A stretch of 64,000 nt of DNA from Lama glama (Eukaryota). The first letter of the stretch is position 1. Every line of letters starts with the position of its first letter. The translations under genes were made by a program, and so were the position numbers. The notes beneath the pieces are model-generated. The model ran no database searches, was not told the DNA's origin, and worked only from the letters and a program-made list of their open reading frames with translations. The stretch spans positions 95,172,001-95,236,000 of the forward strand of contig CM052816.1 of the NCBI GenBank assembly GCA_028534125.1, given 5' to 3'. Of this stretch, positions 37,645 to 50,387 are shown piece after piece.

Positions 37645-40600
37645 ATCTGCTTTCCACCCTCAGCTCTTGCACCAATGCCCTTCTGGTCTACTCTGTAATC
37701 ACACAACTCTCTTTTTAATTTGCCCAAGCGGCAAGCTTTCTGGGATCATCTGGTGGCCTCTGCACAACCTAGTCCCATTCTCCTTCCTTGACTTTCTACC
37801 CAGCTACCTGACGAGCCACCCCTTCCAACGCAGATCTGCCCTCCAAGCCTGGACTAGGCACCTGGACCGTGATGCCGCACGGTCCACATTTCTGTGTGCC
37901 TGTGGATCCCCACAGCCACCACAACCCTCACGACCCTTGTTCGTAAGTCCAAAACTTCCAACTAACTGCAACCTCAATAATTACATAGTAAGTAAAAAGA
38001 CTGGAGGATTCTTATTTCTCCCCTGAAAAAAGTTCACTTATCAAAAAGGTTGCTAATTATCAAGCCATAACCCGCATTATCTAAGATGGCACGGCCATCA
38101 CAATTATTAATTACTGATTCATTCAACATGTAACTGGGTACAAATTATGCGCTAAAAATCTAAGGAAACAGACACTCAACCCAAGCTGCTCTAAAAATGG
38201 GAAAATGTTACAGAATTAGGGTTGTCTCAAGACCTGATTTTTCTGACACCGGGTACACAAAGTGTAGTTCTCCAAAGCAGGCCAGTAGAGGGAACTGTTG
38301 ATTGGAAATAACAAATCTCACTAGCGCTGCAGAAGAAAACAGATTCTCCCCGTCCAGGAGAGGGGGGACGTGCAGATGGGGAGGGGGGTGTGTCCAGCAG
38401 GCCGTCGTCTCTCTGATGGAGGAGCAGGGCTAGCTGCCTTGGAGGAGGTGGCACTGCTGTGCTTAGTCAGAAAGACTCCGAAAACTGCAGTTTCCAAGAA
38501 AAGGCAAGGCTAGGAAACCTCAGAGATTTGCCAAGTTCTAATTTATTTGAAACAGTAGAAACCTGGTAAAAGAAAAACACCTCTTGAAAAACCATAAACC
38601 TCACAGTGAAGTCAGACTGAAATCCTGGCCGGGTGGAGTAATAATAAAATAAGACGAACAGTGGGGAGTGTTTATCTCCGGCTCAGGCCACGTCATACAT
38701 TCTCTTCTGAAGTGGGACCCTCTCCAAATCCTCCACGAGCCGGGACTCGTCTGGGCAGCCTGCGCCCGCCGGCCACCCCTGGGAGCCTGACTGCCACTTC
38801 GTCCCCAGCAGCAAGTGGCGTGAATAATGCCAGGCTGGTTCTCAGGGCATCTCCTCCGCATTTTTAAAGATAAGTTCAAGGAATAGCAAGTTTCAAGGCT
38901 GCACCAGAGGTTACTTGGCACGAACCAACTTGATATTATCACCAGTTCAAAAGGACCCCTGCCGTGTGCTGAGTGCACCTCGCTGCTGCCGTTCTGTTAA
39001 AGAAGAACTAGAGATGGAGAGAGTAAGCACGTAATGGCCATCCCTGGCCTTGTAATTCATTGCTTTGGTTATCTTGCTTTCTACTTTACTTTTGTTAGGG
39101 GACGTATGAGAGCGGCTGAAATCACCAGCTAAATGAGATTCAGGGATTATCTGAGGCTTTAGTTTCTTACAGTCTCTCCATTGTAAAGGCCGAGTTCAGA
39201 TTTGGCTGTATCTCGATTATGCATAAGTCCCTGGGAGGCTAGGCTTTTTAGAGAACACCCCACAGGCAGATCAAGGCATTTGCATTCAAATTTACACTCA
39301 CAAGTGCGGAGGGGGCCTTGTAGAAAGCCCTGCTGGGCAGCTGCAGTATCAAATGATACACATACGTGGTCGCTTTACAGTTTTTCTTTAACCACACAGA
39401 TTCTGCAGGGTCCGATTCTGACTCGACCAAGTCAGCTGAGGTCACTCCACCGCCCTGGCCAGCAACTTGTTTGGGCTCGAGGCGGGACGTGTGACACAAC
39501 CCCGGCAGATGTAAACAAATCTGTGCTGGAGGCTTCTGGAAATGTTTTCCCATCTTAGAAAATAACACAGGCAGGGATTTGCTCGTCCTGCCTGGCACCT
39601 CCTGCGTTGTAACGTGAAGCCACGGTGCTTGGAGCTGCCAGGCCATCTCGGGATCATGTGGGAAAGAAAGGTCAAGAGCATTTCTGAGAAGCTCAGAACA
39701 CGACAAGGCCACACAATGAAGCACCCCTCCCCTGCCAGCTGTCGCCTTCAGACAGGTCATGTTGCAAGAAGAGGCAGCTTTCTCACTGTTGAAGCCTGTT
39801 TTGTTGGGTATTCAGGAAACTGCACCCAAAAGCATCATGAGAGATCCTGGGCTCCAATAAAATCAGGGAAACACAACAGCAAGTACTAAGAAAAGTCCAT
39901 TTTGAGTTGACAAACACTGAAAAAAGCCCTTTACCCAAACAAGAACACCCTTGAGAACATAGTGGGAAGTGTAAATTGGCACCGCTTTTCCTAAGAGCCA
40001 TTTGGCAGGGGCTACGAAAATGTGCACATTTAAAGTGTGCGTGTCCTTTGATGGAGCAACTGAGTTTTGAGAATCTGTCCGTGCATTTCGCTCTTTCCTT
40101 TTCTGCCCTGCTTTCGGCCCTGGAGGCTGACCTCACCAACCGCCCCTGCCGGGCTCCTCAGGCCCGAAGGCTCAGGGGGCTCAGCAGGGCCGGTGAGGAG
40201 GGGAGAGGGTGTGTGCCTGCGCCTCCACATCCATCTCCCACCCCTGGGGCTGCGGCTCGGGTGTCCCAGGTCCCCTGGGTGCCCTCCGCTGGGCTCTCAC
40301 CCCAGGGCCCACCCCTTAGCTCTGCCCTGACCTCCACTCACAGTCCCCCGGCCAACTCCTCAGTCTAGCCCTCTGGGTGCACCTGTCGCTGCACCAGGAT
40401 GCTGATGGGTGCACCCTGTTCAGAAACGTGCCCCCCAGACACAAACGTCTTGACGACAGTGTTGTCTCTAACAGGCTCATTCAGAAACTTGCAGGCACTG
40501 GACTTTCAATTTGGGAGACAGAATTCTTGCCTGCCCTGTAGACCCAGCACTGAGCATGGCCCTTGGACATGAAGTGACTACTGGATAAATATTTTTTCTA

Positions 40601-41556
40601 AAAGAGGACCTTGTACAGAAATATGAGCCACAGTTGATTGAACTGCCTCAGTTACGGGACGCGTGGCAGGGGGTGCGTGCCGTGAACACACCACCGCTCA
40701 GCGGTGCCACTGCGGGAACCGGGTACACCGCGCGTGCTCCGGGCTGCACAGAAAAGCCTCCTAGAGCTACTGCGTGAAGAAGTTAAAATCACAGTGTCTA
40801 CAGATTTATCCCATTCATGTAAATAAAAGGTGCGTGAACACTCTGTGTCTGAAAATAAGAGAGTGAGGTCAGGGACGGTAACCAGCTGGAACGTGGTCAA
40901 TGGACAAGACAATTAGGGAGAGTGAAAAGGGACGTTTCTTCCTCTTTCTCACTGATACCTCTGTAGTGATTTTTCACGGTAAGCACAGATTGCTAGACAT
41001 CTTTGAGAATTAAGAAATCATCAAATAAATAAAACTGTTCATGGAATTGGATGAAAATGGGACATCATTTGATTCTACCAGCTAAAAGCCCAAACATCCT
41101 CTCTCTGGTTAAAATAGTACATAAAGGCTCAGTCACTTCCCTTTATTCTCACTGTGATTTAGTGATGGGTCTGTGTCCCTCTGACGACATCTCACCCGGG
41201 TCCATGAACCACCCCTGCCCTCAGCTCTCATGCCTGCTGAGAGGCCACCTGCCACCGCCCTGCACAGGAACCTCTAAGGGCGCAGTTCTCAGAGCGAGGC
41301 CCCCAGGCCAGCAGCCCAGCATCAGCTGGGAGCTCACTGAAGCGAGCATCCTGAGCACAAGCCCCGACCCCCGTCACCCAGACCCTGGGGGCCGGGCCCA
41401 GCAAGCTGCATGCCGCCCAGATCGGGGCTGAAACATGGGCCACCCGCCTGCGGGTGACGGCGACTCCACCTGCGCCCGAGCAGGACCCCAGGGGGCCTTG
41501 CCAGGACAGACCGTGCCCCACCCCACTCACCCCTCCACGCCCTCCACCTGCCTGCT

Positions 41557-42035
41557 TGTAGAAAAGCTTTAGCCAACTGCAAAGAACAAATTTAATCAGA
41601 GAATCGAGAGAAGTTCAGAAACCAAAGAAAACAGTCAAGCAAGACAAAACAGCAATAGTTTAGCCATTAAACAAAGTCAAAGACCTTCTCAAGAACTAAA
41701 GATAATATTCTGAGCCACATCCTTTGAGCTGTTTTGCAGACACTGAGACCCCCACCAGGTAGAAGAAGGTAGCTGTGTGCTGCCCACAAGCACGCAGACC
41801 CCAGAATCAAAAAGTTGATGATGCTGACTCGCGATGACCTCACCACCAACCAATCAGAAGACTGTCCCTGGGCTGATCACAGACCCCACAAGCCCCTCCC
41901 ACACCCTGTCTGTAAAAGCCTTTCCCTGAAGGCCGTGGGGGAGTTTGGTTCTTTTGAGCACCAGCTGCCTGGACTCCTGGCCGGGCGCCTGCAATAAATG
42001 CCACACCTCCCCTCACCACACCCTGGGGTCAGCAG
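41557..42035 (+). mobile_element. ERV1-like LTR (artiodactyl-type), 3' end apparently lost
   Basis: TG start, cctcaccaccaaccaatcagaaga CCAAT block, ggggagtttggttcttttgagca, AATAAA at 41993. Shares blocks with the LTRs at 45489 and 47380. Confidence 0.7.
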
Positions 42036-44503
42036 TTGTGATGTGGGCGTAGGGTTTCCCTTTAGGTGTAAATCTAATCTTAGGTCTAATCTATACTTCC
42101 TGGTACCCCAGGAAGAAAAAAAAAAACAAGGCAGACTCAATGTTCAAAGAGATAACAGGAAAGTGTCCTTTAAAACAAAAATATGACTAACGTTAAGTCA
42201 AACAGCCACAGAGAGAAGGAACTGACACGTATGACAGCGTTGGTTTGAGGTTTTTTGGTTGTTGGTTGGTCGGGTTCTTTTCACCGTTAAGGATGCAGGG
42301 CGGGAGGGGGAAGGCAGGAGATCTTTACACATGTAAGAAATATCAGGATATCAACAAAGACAAAAATCATGCTGGACTCTGCACTTGTTACCTGGACTGT
42401 TCTTCTGCAACATGAAATGAAATGGCAGGGGGGTAGGCAAAAAACAAGTTGTTTTTTTTTTTCATTGTGAATACAAAATAAAAACATTATCAATGAGGCA
42501 AGAATTCAGAAAGCACTTCTCGGGTATTAAACCACAAGTACTGTCCTTACATATGCAAAGAGCTCTGGCAAATCAGTAAGGCAAGTCACCTCTTCTTCTC
42601 ATAGTTTCATACTCTAGTATGACACGCAGGCTCTTGTCCAGGCCATGCACCTGCTGCCCAGGAACACCTGGTAACAAGCATCTGCATTCTGGCAGGGACT
42701 GATGTCGGTGCTCCACACTCTCCACCTGCCATGGAGACCTCTTCACTTAGATGTCTCAGCATTTCAAAGGCCTGAGGACCAAATGAAGGCGATGTTTCTC
42801 TAACCACCATCCTGTGGTGTCTATCCCTTTGAACTGGCATCATTCCCTGACCAGCAGGCTGAAAGCCATTCCAGACCCACCTCTCCTCCATCGCCCACAT
42901 CACAACCACCGGGACCTGTGCTTTCGGCCACTGGTGTCTTGCTCCTCTCTGCAACTGCCCCTGTGCGCACCAGTGTCATCTCTCCCGTCACTACACACCC
43001 ACCTCATGTCACTCAAATGCATCCCCTCGTGTTGTATCTACACCCTTCGTGACCTGGTCCCTGCCTCCTCCTGGGGCCACCTCTCCCCCATCCCAGACAC
43101 ATGCAGTCCTTGGTCATTGCTAAGATATGCGGGGCTCCCTCTTGGTCCTGTGACTTTGCAGCACGCTGGCTGGAACGGCCCACCTTTGACTTCAGGACCC
43201 AGCACAAGCCCCTCCTCCACGATCCCTGTCCCAAACCACCAGGCTAGATGGGGTGCTCTCACCCTGAAGCTCCCAGTGCACTCTCCATCAGGGCCCATCA
43301 GAGGCTATTTAGCTGGAGAATCACCCAAAGGAAGAGCTGCCCTTCACTTCCCCACCCCGGTCCCGGCCAGCGGGAGGCAATGAGTGATGAGGCTACGATC
43401 ACTGAACGCCTCTCATGATATCCTTTTACGCTTCTGCTGTTCAGGACATTGTACACTACACCGGGGCTTTCCAAGCCTGAGGGGCCTCCACGGAGGGGAA
43501 GCTCCACGCCCTGAAACCTGACGGGGTGGACATGTGTAAGCACAGCCCCGACACCTGGCAAAGTTTGGGGGTTCCCCACCTTAGGCACCTCAAGTGAAAA
43601 GCAGGTGTGAACAGACTGCTTCCCATTCCGGGGGTGAAACTGCCAGACGCTGGCGTCTCTGGTTTCTCTGCGTTCCCCAGTCAGTCCGCCACGCTGGCTT
43701 TGACACAGGAGCCTGTGATGCAAGACGGGACAGGGAGGTCCCCCTTTGGCGGCCGTGGCAGAAGTTCCCTTTCCAGAATCAACATGCAGTGTGATTTGGG
43801 GCTTTTTCTGCAGCTTCCCCGGCCCTGAGTCCGAGTCTCAACCACTCTCAACAACATCGTCATGTGTCCCCACATTCCCTGAATAAACAAGTGCCTTTTC
43901 TACCACATTCAGTCGGAAGCAGCTTCTTTCCTGGACACTGAGAAGCAGCGCGATACAGCAGATGTGCCCTGGAAAGCCAGGAATTCTGAAAGCGGTCAGT
44001 TACAAACTCGGTTCATCCCACGGTTACAAATGAAATGTGGCTCTGAAGGGATGAGCAAAGTTTCGTGCTTGACTCAAAGTCTGTCTGACATCAATTCTAG
44101 AAGAGGACTGGGGAGAACAGTGCGGCTGGCGATGCCGGTGGAAGGACCACCTCTGGAGGTGACCGTCTTTGGCGGAAGGACACCGTATTTACAAGGTGTT
44201 CTCACTAACGGCCCCACCTTGTTACACTGATACATGCTCAGCAAGAAGCCCCTGGTTTTTCTTTACATCCCCAAGCAAAACGCAAGGTTACCTTGTAACT
44301 ATGTCCACTTTCATATATTAAGTGTCACTAGTGTCCCTTCTACTCACTGAGGAGTCCACCAGCAACTTCCCGATCCCCGGTCTCTAGAGGAGGTGCCAGC
44401 AGAGGCTGGGTTTCCAGTGCAGCTTCATGTTCGAAGACTTGGGGCAGTACCAGAGCTAGTTCTGCCCCACCCTGCGTCCTGCACTGGTAGGTAACCTGCA
44501 CTG

Positions 44504-44980
44504 TGAGGAGAGAACAAACCCGACTCCGTATCGGGTCTATTCCTTTAGCTCTAGCCCTGTGCCCCGTGGCCTGGGCTCAGTCACACTGGCTCTGCGTCTT
44601 TTGTAAAAGAATGTTGCCTGTAGCCTGAGATATACAGGAGAGTGCATTCTCAAAGCTCTGACCTATGAGGGTATAACACTTTTCCATTCATGTGGAGAAC
44701 AAACAGTAGCACCTGTCTTGGAGGCTTATAGAAACATAGTGACCAAGTTTACGTGCACAGCTGCAAGAACAAAGGATTCTGGCACCAAGAAGTTTGCAAC
44801 AACCAGCCACACCCCTTCCCCTTTTAGCAGAAAAGTAGCCTGAATTCTAACTTTGGGACACTAGTCCACCATCTTCTTGGGCTGCTGGCTTTCTGAATAA
44901 AGTCCCTATTCTTTGCCCCAACAACTCTCGATTTACTGGCTTGCTGTGTGGTAAGTGGTGTGAGGTTGGACTTGGTAACA
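44504..44980 (+). mobile_element. ERV1 solo LTR (MER41-like)
   Basis: TG...ggtaaCA termini, cgactccgtat, ggacactagtccaccatcttcttgg, AATAAA at 44896. Confidence 0.75.
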
Positions 44981-45180
44981 CAGTGTCCCAAACACACGAA
45001 GAGAATGTGCACCTACCATCAGCCCTTTTCCTGTCCCTCTTGGCAGTAAAGCACGGCTCCTGATCTATTCCATCCCTCACACACTAACTCAGGCACTGAG
45101 ATCAGGCGCAGCCCCCCCCCCAACTGCCTGGCAGCCCCGCTCGGCCTTGGCTCGGGGAGGGAAGGGAAGCTGGGTCTTAC

Positions 45181-45310
45181 CTGCCTGTGCAGCTGTGATT
45201 AGGGCCGTGTTCCCCTCGCTGTCCTGCCAGTTGACGTCAACATGGGGGCACTCTGCTAAGACCACCACGGTGTCCACAAAGCCGTGGTAGCAGGCGACAA
45301 TAAGGCCAGT
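45181..45310 (-). CDS. ANKRD33B: Ankyrin repeat domain 33B, internal coding exon (exon 2 of the usual 4-exon model), 130 nt
   Basis: Minus-strand acceptor (..cttccctcttcatttctAG) at 45312-45311 and donor CAG|GTAAG at 45180. Translates [43 protein letters not shown](G), an ankyrin repeat. Ends in phase 1, matching the next exon. Confidence 0.93.
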
Positions 45311-45488
45311 CTAGAAATGAAGAGGGAAGCAGGTCAGAGAGGCAGAGCCGAGCGTCACCACCACAGACCCCGGGTGCACCCCCTGCCCCCAGGGGAGGAC
45401 AAGCAGGGCTGAGGAGATGTGGAGCCAGGCCCGGGTCTCAGCTGCAGGTTAGAGCAGGCCAGCCACGGCTCGTTCTCAAATGCATGCT

Positions 45489-46034
45489 TGAAACAGAGCA
45501 GGACCCTGTGGGACCCTCTCTGGTACAAATCCTTTCTGTGTCCCCCACTTCTTGTTTGTAGGAAATGGGCTGCAATCAGCCTCCTTGACTTCCCTGAGTT
45601 CCAAAGTGCAGATTCAAACAGCTGCTGATCAGGGATGGGAGGGAAGGCAGAGACAGAATAGTGCAGAGATGGGGCAGGGTCCTGGTTCCACCTCAAGGAA
45701 CCAGTATCTTTGAGTTCTTCTATAGGAGCCAAGGCCCCCACCCAGGTGGAGGATGGCAACTTCAGACTGACCGCAAGATTCCTGGGGCGCCGCCCTGTTC
45801 CCGCACCACCGACCATAAAGATCAGAAGAAAGTCACACACCGTGCGGCCTTCCCCCACACGTTGCCTATAAAAATGTCTCCCTGGAAACCATCGGCGAGT
45901 TTGGAGTATTTGAGCACGGGCTGCCTGCTCTCTTTGCTCGGCACCGCAGTAAACCTTTCTCTGCTCCAAACACCAACGTTTCGGTTTGTTTGGCCTCACT
46001 GTGCATCGAGCACAGGAACTTGTGTTCGGTAACA
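45489..46034 (+). mobile_element. ERV1 solo LTR, complete
   Basis: TGAAAC...ttcggtaaCA, TATAAAA at 45867, AGTAAA at 45948; flanks TGCT/GGCT look like a degenerate 4-bp TSD. Confidence 0.85.
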
Positions 46035-46506
46035 GGCTGAATGCTGGGGAGGCCTGTGTCTGGAAACAAAGACCCTGCCCTCAGGGCGCTTACATTCTAT
46101 TTTAACGGGAGGGAAAAGCGTCAACTACAGACCTAAGATGTAGGTGCTGGAATGTGTTAAAAGTTAAACCCAGGCCAGGGAGTTTGTGAGCACCTCAGGG
46201 GCCTTGTGCTTCAGTCTCAAAATAGGTGCTGGGATGGGCTCACTGAGAAAGAGGCACTGGGCAAAGATGGGAGGAGGTGGGGGAAGGTGCCAGCAGACAA
46301 GGAAGGGAAAGGCGCAGGCAGAGGGCTGTGCCCGGCCACCCGGGGACTGGCCAGGAGGCCTGTGGGCTGCAGCAGAGGGAGCCGGGCAGCCTCGGTGGTC
46401 AAGGCAGGACTGGGGTTTGCTCTGAGTGCGATGAGGGCTTTGTGAGCAGTCCGCTGTCAACTATCTGCATCAATTCTGGCTGCTGGTCGGAAGCAGGGAG
46501 ACCAGG

Positions 46507-47286
46507 TGTGGTGGGTGGGGGAGTGGAGGGTCCCCATTTCCTGGAACACAGCTCCTAAAACCCTTAGAAATCAGTTTTTTGTGTGCTAATGAGATGACTC
46601 GTGGTGGAAGCTGGTGCTAGGTGGCTTCCAGATGGGGGCTGGACTCTAGGAAAACCAACCTTGAGATTAGAAGGTTGGCTCTTTCAGCTCCAAGCACCAG
46701 CCTCCCCAGTGCCATCCCTGGGGTGGGGAGGAGAGGGTTGAAAACTGAGTTCAATCACTAATGGCCAATGATGTAACAGTCAGAGCAAATCATGTCTACC
46801 TAATGAAACCTCAAAAAAAAAAAAAGCCCTGAACCACGGGGTTCCGAGAGCTCCTGGCTTGGGGAACACCTGGAGGCACTAGGAGGGCTGAGTCCGGGGA
46901 GAGAGAATGGAAGCCCCGCGCCCCTCCCCACGCCTGGCCCCGTGCAGCCCTTCCCTCTGGCTGCTCCCGAGCTGCAGCCTTTGCAGTAAACCAGGATAGG
47001 AAGTAAAGCACTCTCCCGAGATGTGTGCGTCTTTCTAGCAAACTGCTGAATTGGAGGGGGAGCTGCAGGAACCCCCAGATTTAGGGCCGGTGGGTCAGAA
47101 GGTGACTCCTGGGTCCTGTGGCTGGCATCTGAAGTGAGGGCAGTGTTGTGGGACTGAGCCCTTCACCTGAGGGGTTCTACGCTGACTCTAGATAGTGTCA
47201 GAATTGAACTGAATGGTTGGACACCCTGCTGGAGTCGCAGAGAATGGGAGAGCTGGTGTGGAAAAACGACACATATCAGGTGTCAA
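46507..47286 (+). mobile_element. MER21-like solo LTR
   Basis: cacagctcctaaaaccctt..tgctaatgagatgactc..gagttcaatcactaatggccaatgat..tggcatctgaagtg..gtgggactgagcccttcacctg..gtcagaattgaactgaat. Confidence 0.8.
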
Positions 47287-47379
47287 AGAAAATCCACACG
47301 CCTGACATCAGAAGAGAAGACACCACAGGGGACTCCTGCAGATGCCAGGCAGGTGACGGCGGCGTCATCTGTGCACCAG

Positions 47380-48119
47380 TGACACTGAGCCAGACTCTGT
47401 GGGGCCCTCCTGGGTAGAAATCCTTTCCATGTCCCCCTCCATCTACTTTTTCTTTCTTTTTTTTTGGGGGGGGTGGGAGGAGGCAGTTAGGTTTGTTTGT
47501 TTGTTTGTTTGTTTACCATGGAGATACTGGGCATTGAACCCAGGACTTTGTGCATGCGCTCCACCCCTGAGCTATACCCTCCCCTCTCCAATTTCTTGTT
47601 TGTAGGAAATAGGCTTCATTTAGCCTCCTTCATCTTCCCTGGGTTCAAGAGTCAAACATTTGCTTAACAGGGAAGGGAGGAAATGCAGAAACAAAGGAGG
47701 AGCAAGTCAAGAAACAACAGTGCAGCATGGGGCAGGGTCCTGGCTCCTCCTCAAGGAATAGACTTAACAATACCTTTGAGTTCTTCTGCAGGAACTAAGG
47801 CCCCCACCCAGGCGGATGACGGTAACTTCAGGCTGAGCACAAGATTCCTGGAGCACCGCCCTGTTACCTCACCACCAGCCAATCAGAAGAACGTCTGCAC
47901 ACGGTGGAAAATTCCAATTCCTTCCCCAGACGATTAACTGCAATTAACTTCTCCTTTCTCCCTTTAAGAAATTTCATGATCTAGCAGAATCTTTGGAGTT
48001 GGTTCTTGGACATGAGTCTACCTTCTCCCCAGACTGCCGTCCTCCTGTATAACAAACAGTACTCGTCTCTTGAGTACTGGCCTTGGAGCAGCGAGCAGCC
48101 AAACCTGAGTTCGGTAACA
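47380..48119 (+). mobile_element. ERV1 solo LTR related to the 45489 copy, interrupted by a SINE
   Basis: Shares aaatcctttc..tgtcccc / ttcttgtttgtaggaaat / ggggcagggtcctgg / ctcaaggaa / aaggcccccacccagg / caagattcctgg / ttcggtaaca with 45489-46034. Flanks CCAG/CCAA. Confidence 0.85.
47443..47586 (-). mobile_element. tRNA-Ala-derived SINE (Vic-1-like), nested in the LTR
   Basis: Reverse strand reads gagggtatagctcagg..gagcgcatgcacaaagtcctgggttcaatgcccagtatctcca..aaacctaactgcctcc plus an A tail. Confidence 0.85.
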
Positions 48120-49104
48120 CCAAAAATCAAGACAAGAACCTGACGTGCCGGCACCCGGATCAAAGATTTCTAGCCTCCAGAACTGTGGGAAATACATTTC
48201 TGTTGTTAAGCTACCCATTTTTAATTTTTTTTTTCACAGCAGCGCAAGCTGATTAAGACACCTCGTAACAAAGGGACCAGTGAGATCCTAAAATTCAGAG
48301 TAAGAATTCAAGATCCAGAGTTAATGATCAAGTGACTCTGAGCTCTGCCAGCTGCATCCACCAGCACATGCGGATGCCAAGCTTAAGCCTAGGGCAATCC
48401 CACAGTGGCCCAGCTATATTTTTAACAGATTTTTAATAGGAATGTAATTTTCATGGAATGAGGAGAGGGCATGGGCAACCTTGCCTGCCTATCTCAATAA
48501 GGCTCCTAGTTGCCGTCTCAAAACATTAAATCTCAAATATTAGAATTTTCAAAGTTTTAGAGATTGATTTTTTTAACACTGATATTCATAGGGCAGCACA
48601 ATGAACTGTATAAATTCTGTGACTATAATAAAGGCTATTTAATATACTCCAGCTTGTGCATTCTTCAAAATAGGTCATTCTATCTATAGAATGAAATGTT
48701 TTGCAATAATTCAGTTTCAAAGAGAAAAGAGCATGGAGTCATCAGCCCAGGCAGACTCTACTTAGAAGCGTTCAGTTTCTCTGATAACCAGAGTTCACTG
48801 CCATCAACGCCGTCATCCTCCCAGCTAACTTGACAACAAATGGTCTGGAAAACTTGTGATTCCACCTGGTAAATGCCAAAATCTCATTTTGAACTTCTTT
48901 GGATGACAGTATTTCTCAAATATTCTACAATTTCCTGACTTACAGATAAGGCATGTTGTACAAAATGCAGCCGCTTCGTTTTTACATAATTTCATGAGAG
49001 GCTCATATTTATTACAGAAAAAAATCCAAAAACATAGACTAGAAAAAAAAATTATAGCCCAAACACACAATCGCACACACACATTTTTCTTTAAACCAAA
49101 ACAG

Positions 49105-49270
49105 AGTTCTGTATAGCACAGGGAGCTATATTCAATATTTTGTAGCAACCTATAATGCAAAAGAATGTGAAAACGAATATACGTATGTATATGGATGACT
49201 GAAACACGATGCTGCACACCAGAAAATGACACAACATTGTAAACTGACTCTACTTTGACAACAATGGCAA
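49105..49270 (+). mobile_element. Short 5'-truncated young L1 3' end with TSD
   Basis: ctgtatagcacagggagctatattcaatat...acacaacattgtaaactgactctactt; CAAAACAG at 49097-49104 and 49271-49278. Confidence 0.8.
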
Positions 49271-49887
49271 CAAAACAGGACTGTTTGCTGTATGTCAGGA
49301 ACATATCAGCAACATCTCTTCATACCAATGAAAGCACTTGCGTTTCAACATTTCCAACAGCCACGGGGCACTATACATACGGCAGAACCTTAGTTATTTA
49401 ATGCATCCTACTCCTGGGCACTGAGATTATTTCCCACTTTTCTCTATTAGGAGTAAAACCTGCAATTAAAATTCCTAGACCTGAGGCTGTGTGCATATAA
49501 TTTCTCATTTTCTTAGGGGACATTCTCAGAAATAGTATTTCTGGATTAGAGGAAAAAGTTCTTTTGAAATCTTTTAACACATACTGCAAACCTGCCCTTT
49601 CTAAGGACATCCGCCTTCGCCAGTCCTGTCATCCAACCTTCAGTTACGGATTCTGGGTTAAAAGGAGGAACTCCCATGGGCAGGTAATACGGGGTGCTCT
49701 CCAGGGCTCCTGAAGTCACTGGCTCTTGATTCAGCTCTCTCTTCGGAATCAGCCTCACCCCCTCTCCTTCCTACCCCAGCCACTACGGGGGGTCTGTTCT
49801 AGAACCAAAGCCCTGCTCCCAGCCCCTAAGATAAGCTTTCCCCAAATGTGCAGTGGGCCCCTTCTGATAGTGGCTTAAGAAAGTTTA

Positions 49888-50387
49888 NNNNNNNNNNNNN
49901 NNNNNNNNNNNNNNNNNNNNNNNNNNNNNNNNNNNNNNNNNNNNNNNNNNNNNNNNNNNNNNNNNNNNNNNNNNNNNNNNNNNNNNNNNNNNNNNNNNNN
50001 NNNNNNNNNNNNNNNNNNNNNNNNNNNNNNNNNNNNNNNNNNNNNNNNNNNNNNNNNNNNNNNNNNNNNNNNNNNNNNNNNNNNNNNNNNNNNNNNNNNN
50101 NNNNNNNNNNNNNNNNNNNNNNNNNNNNNNNNNNNNNNNNNNNNNNNNNNNNNNNNNNNNNNNNNNNNNNNNNNNNNNNNNNNNNNNNNNNNNNNNNNNN
50201 NNNNNNNNNNNNNNNNNNNNNNNNNNNNNNNNNNNNNNNNNNNNNNNNNNNNNNNNNNNNNNNNNNNNNNNNNNNNNNNNNNNNNNNNNNNNNNNNNNNN
50301 NNNNNNNNNNNNNNNNNNNNNNNNNNNNNNNNNNNNNNNNNNNNNNNNNNNNNNNNNNNNNNNNNNNNNNNNNNNNNNNNNNNNNNN
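49888..50387. other. Assembly gap (exactly 500 N)
   Basis: Run of N. Confidence 1.

Larger units (their letters stand above)
47300..48261 (+). mobile_element. MaLR LTR (MLT1-like) split by an ERV1 LTR
   Basis: The 3' part 48120-48261 reads ttctagcctccagaactgtgggaaatacatttctgttgttaagctaccca..gctgattaagaca. The 5' part at 47300-47379 is more degenerate. Confidence 0.6.

Noticed and set aside
45489..48119. Possible provirus bounded by two related LTRs
   Set aside because: No PBS, PPT or gag/pol remnants are visible between them. The interval holds a MER21-like LTR and MLT1 sequence, and each LTR has its own TSD-like flanks.
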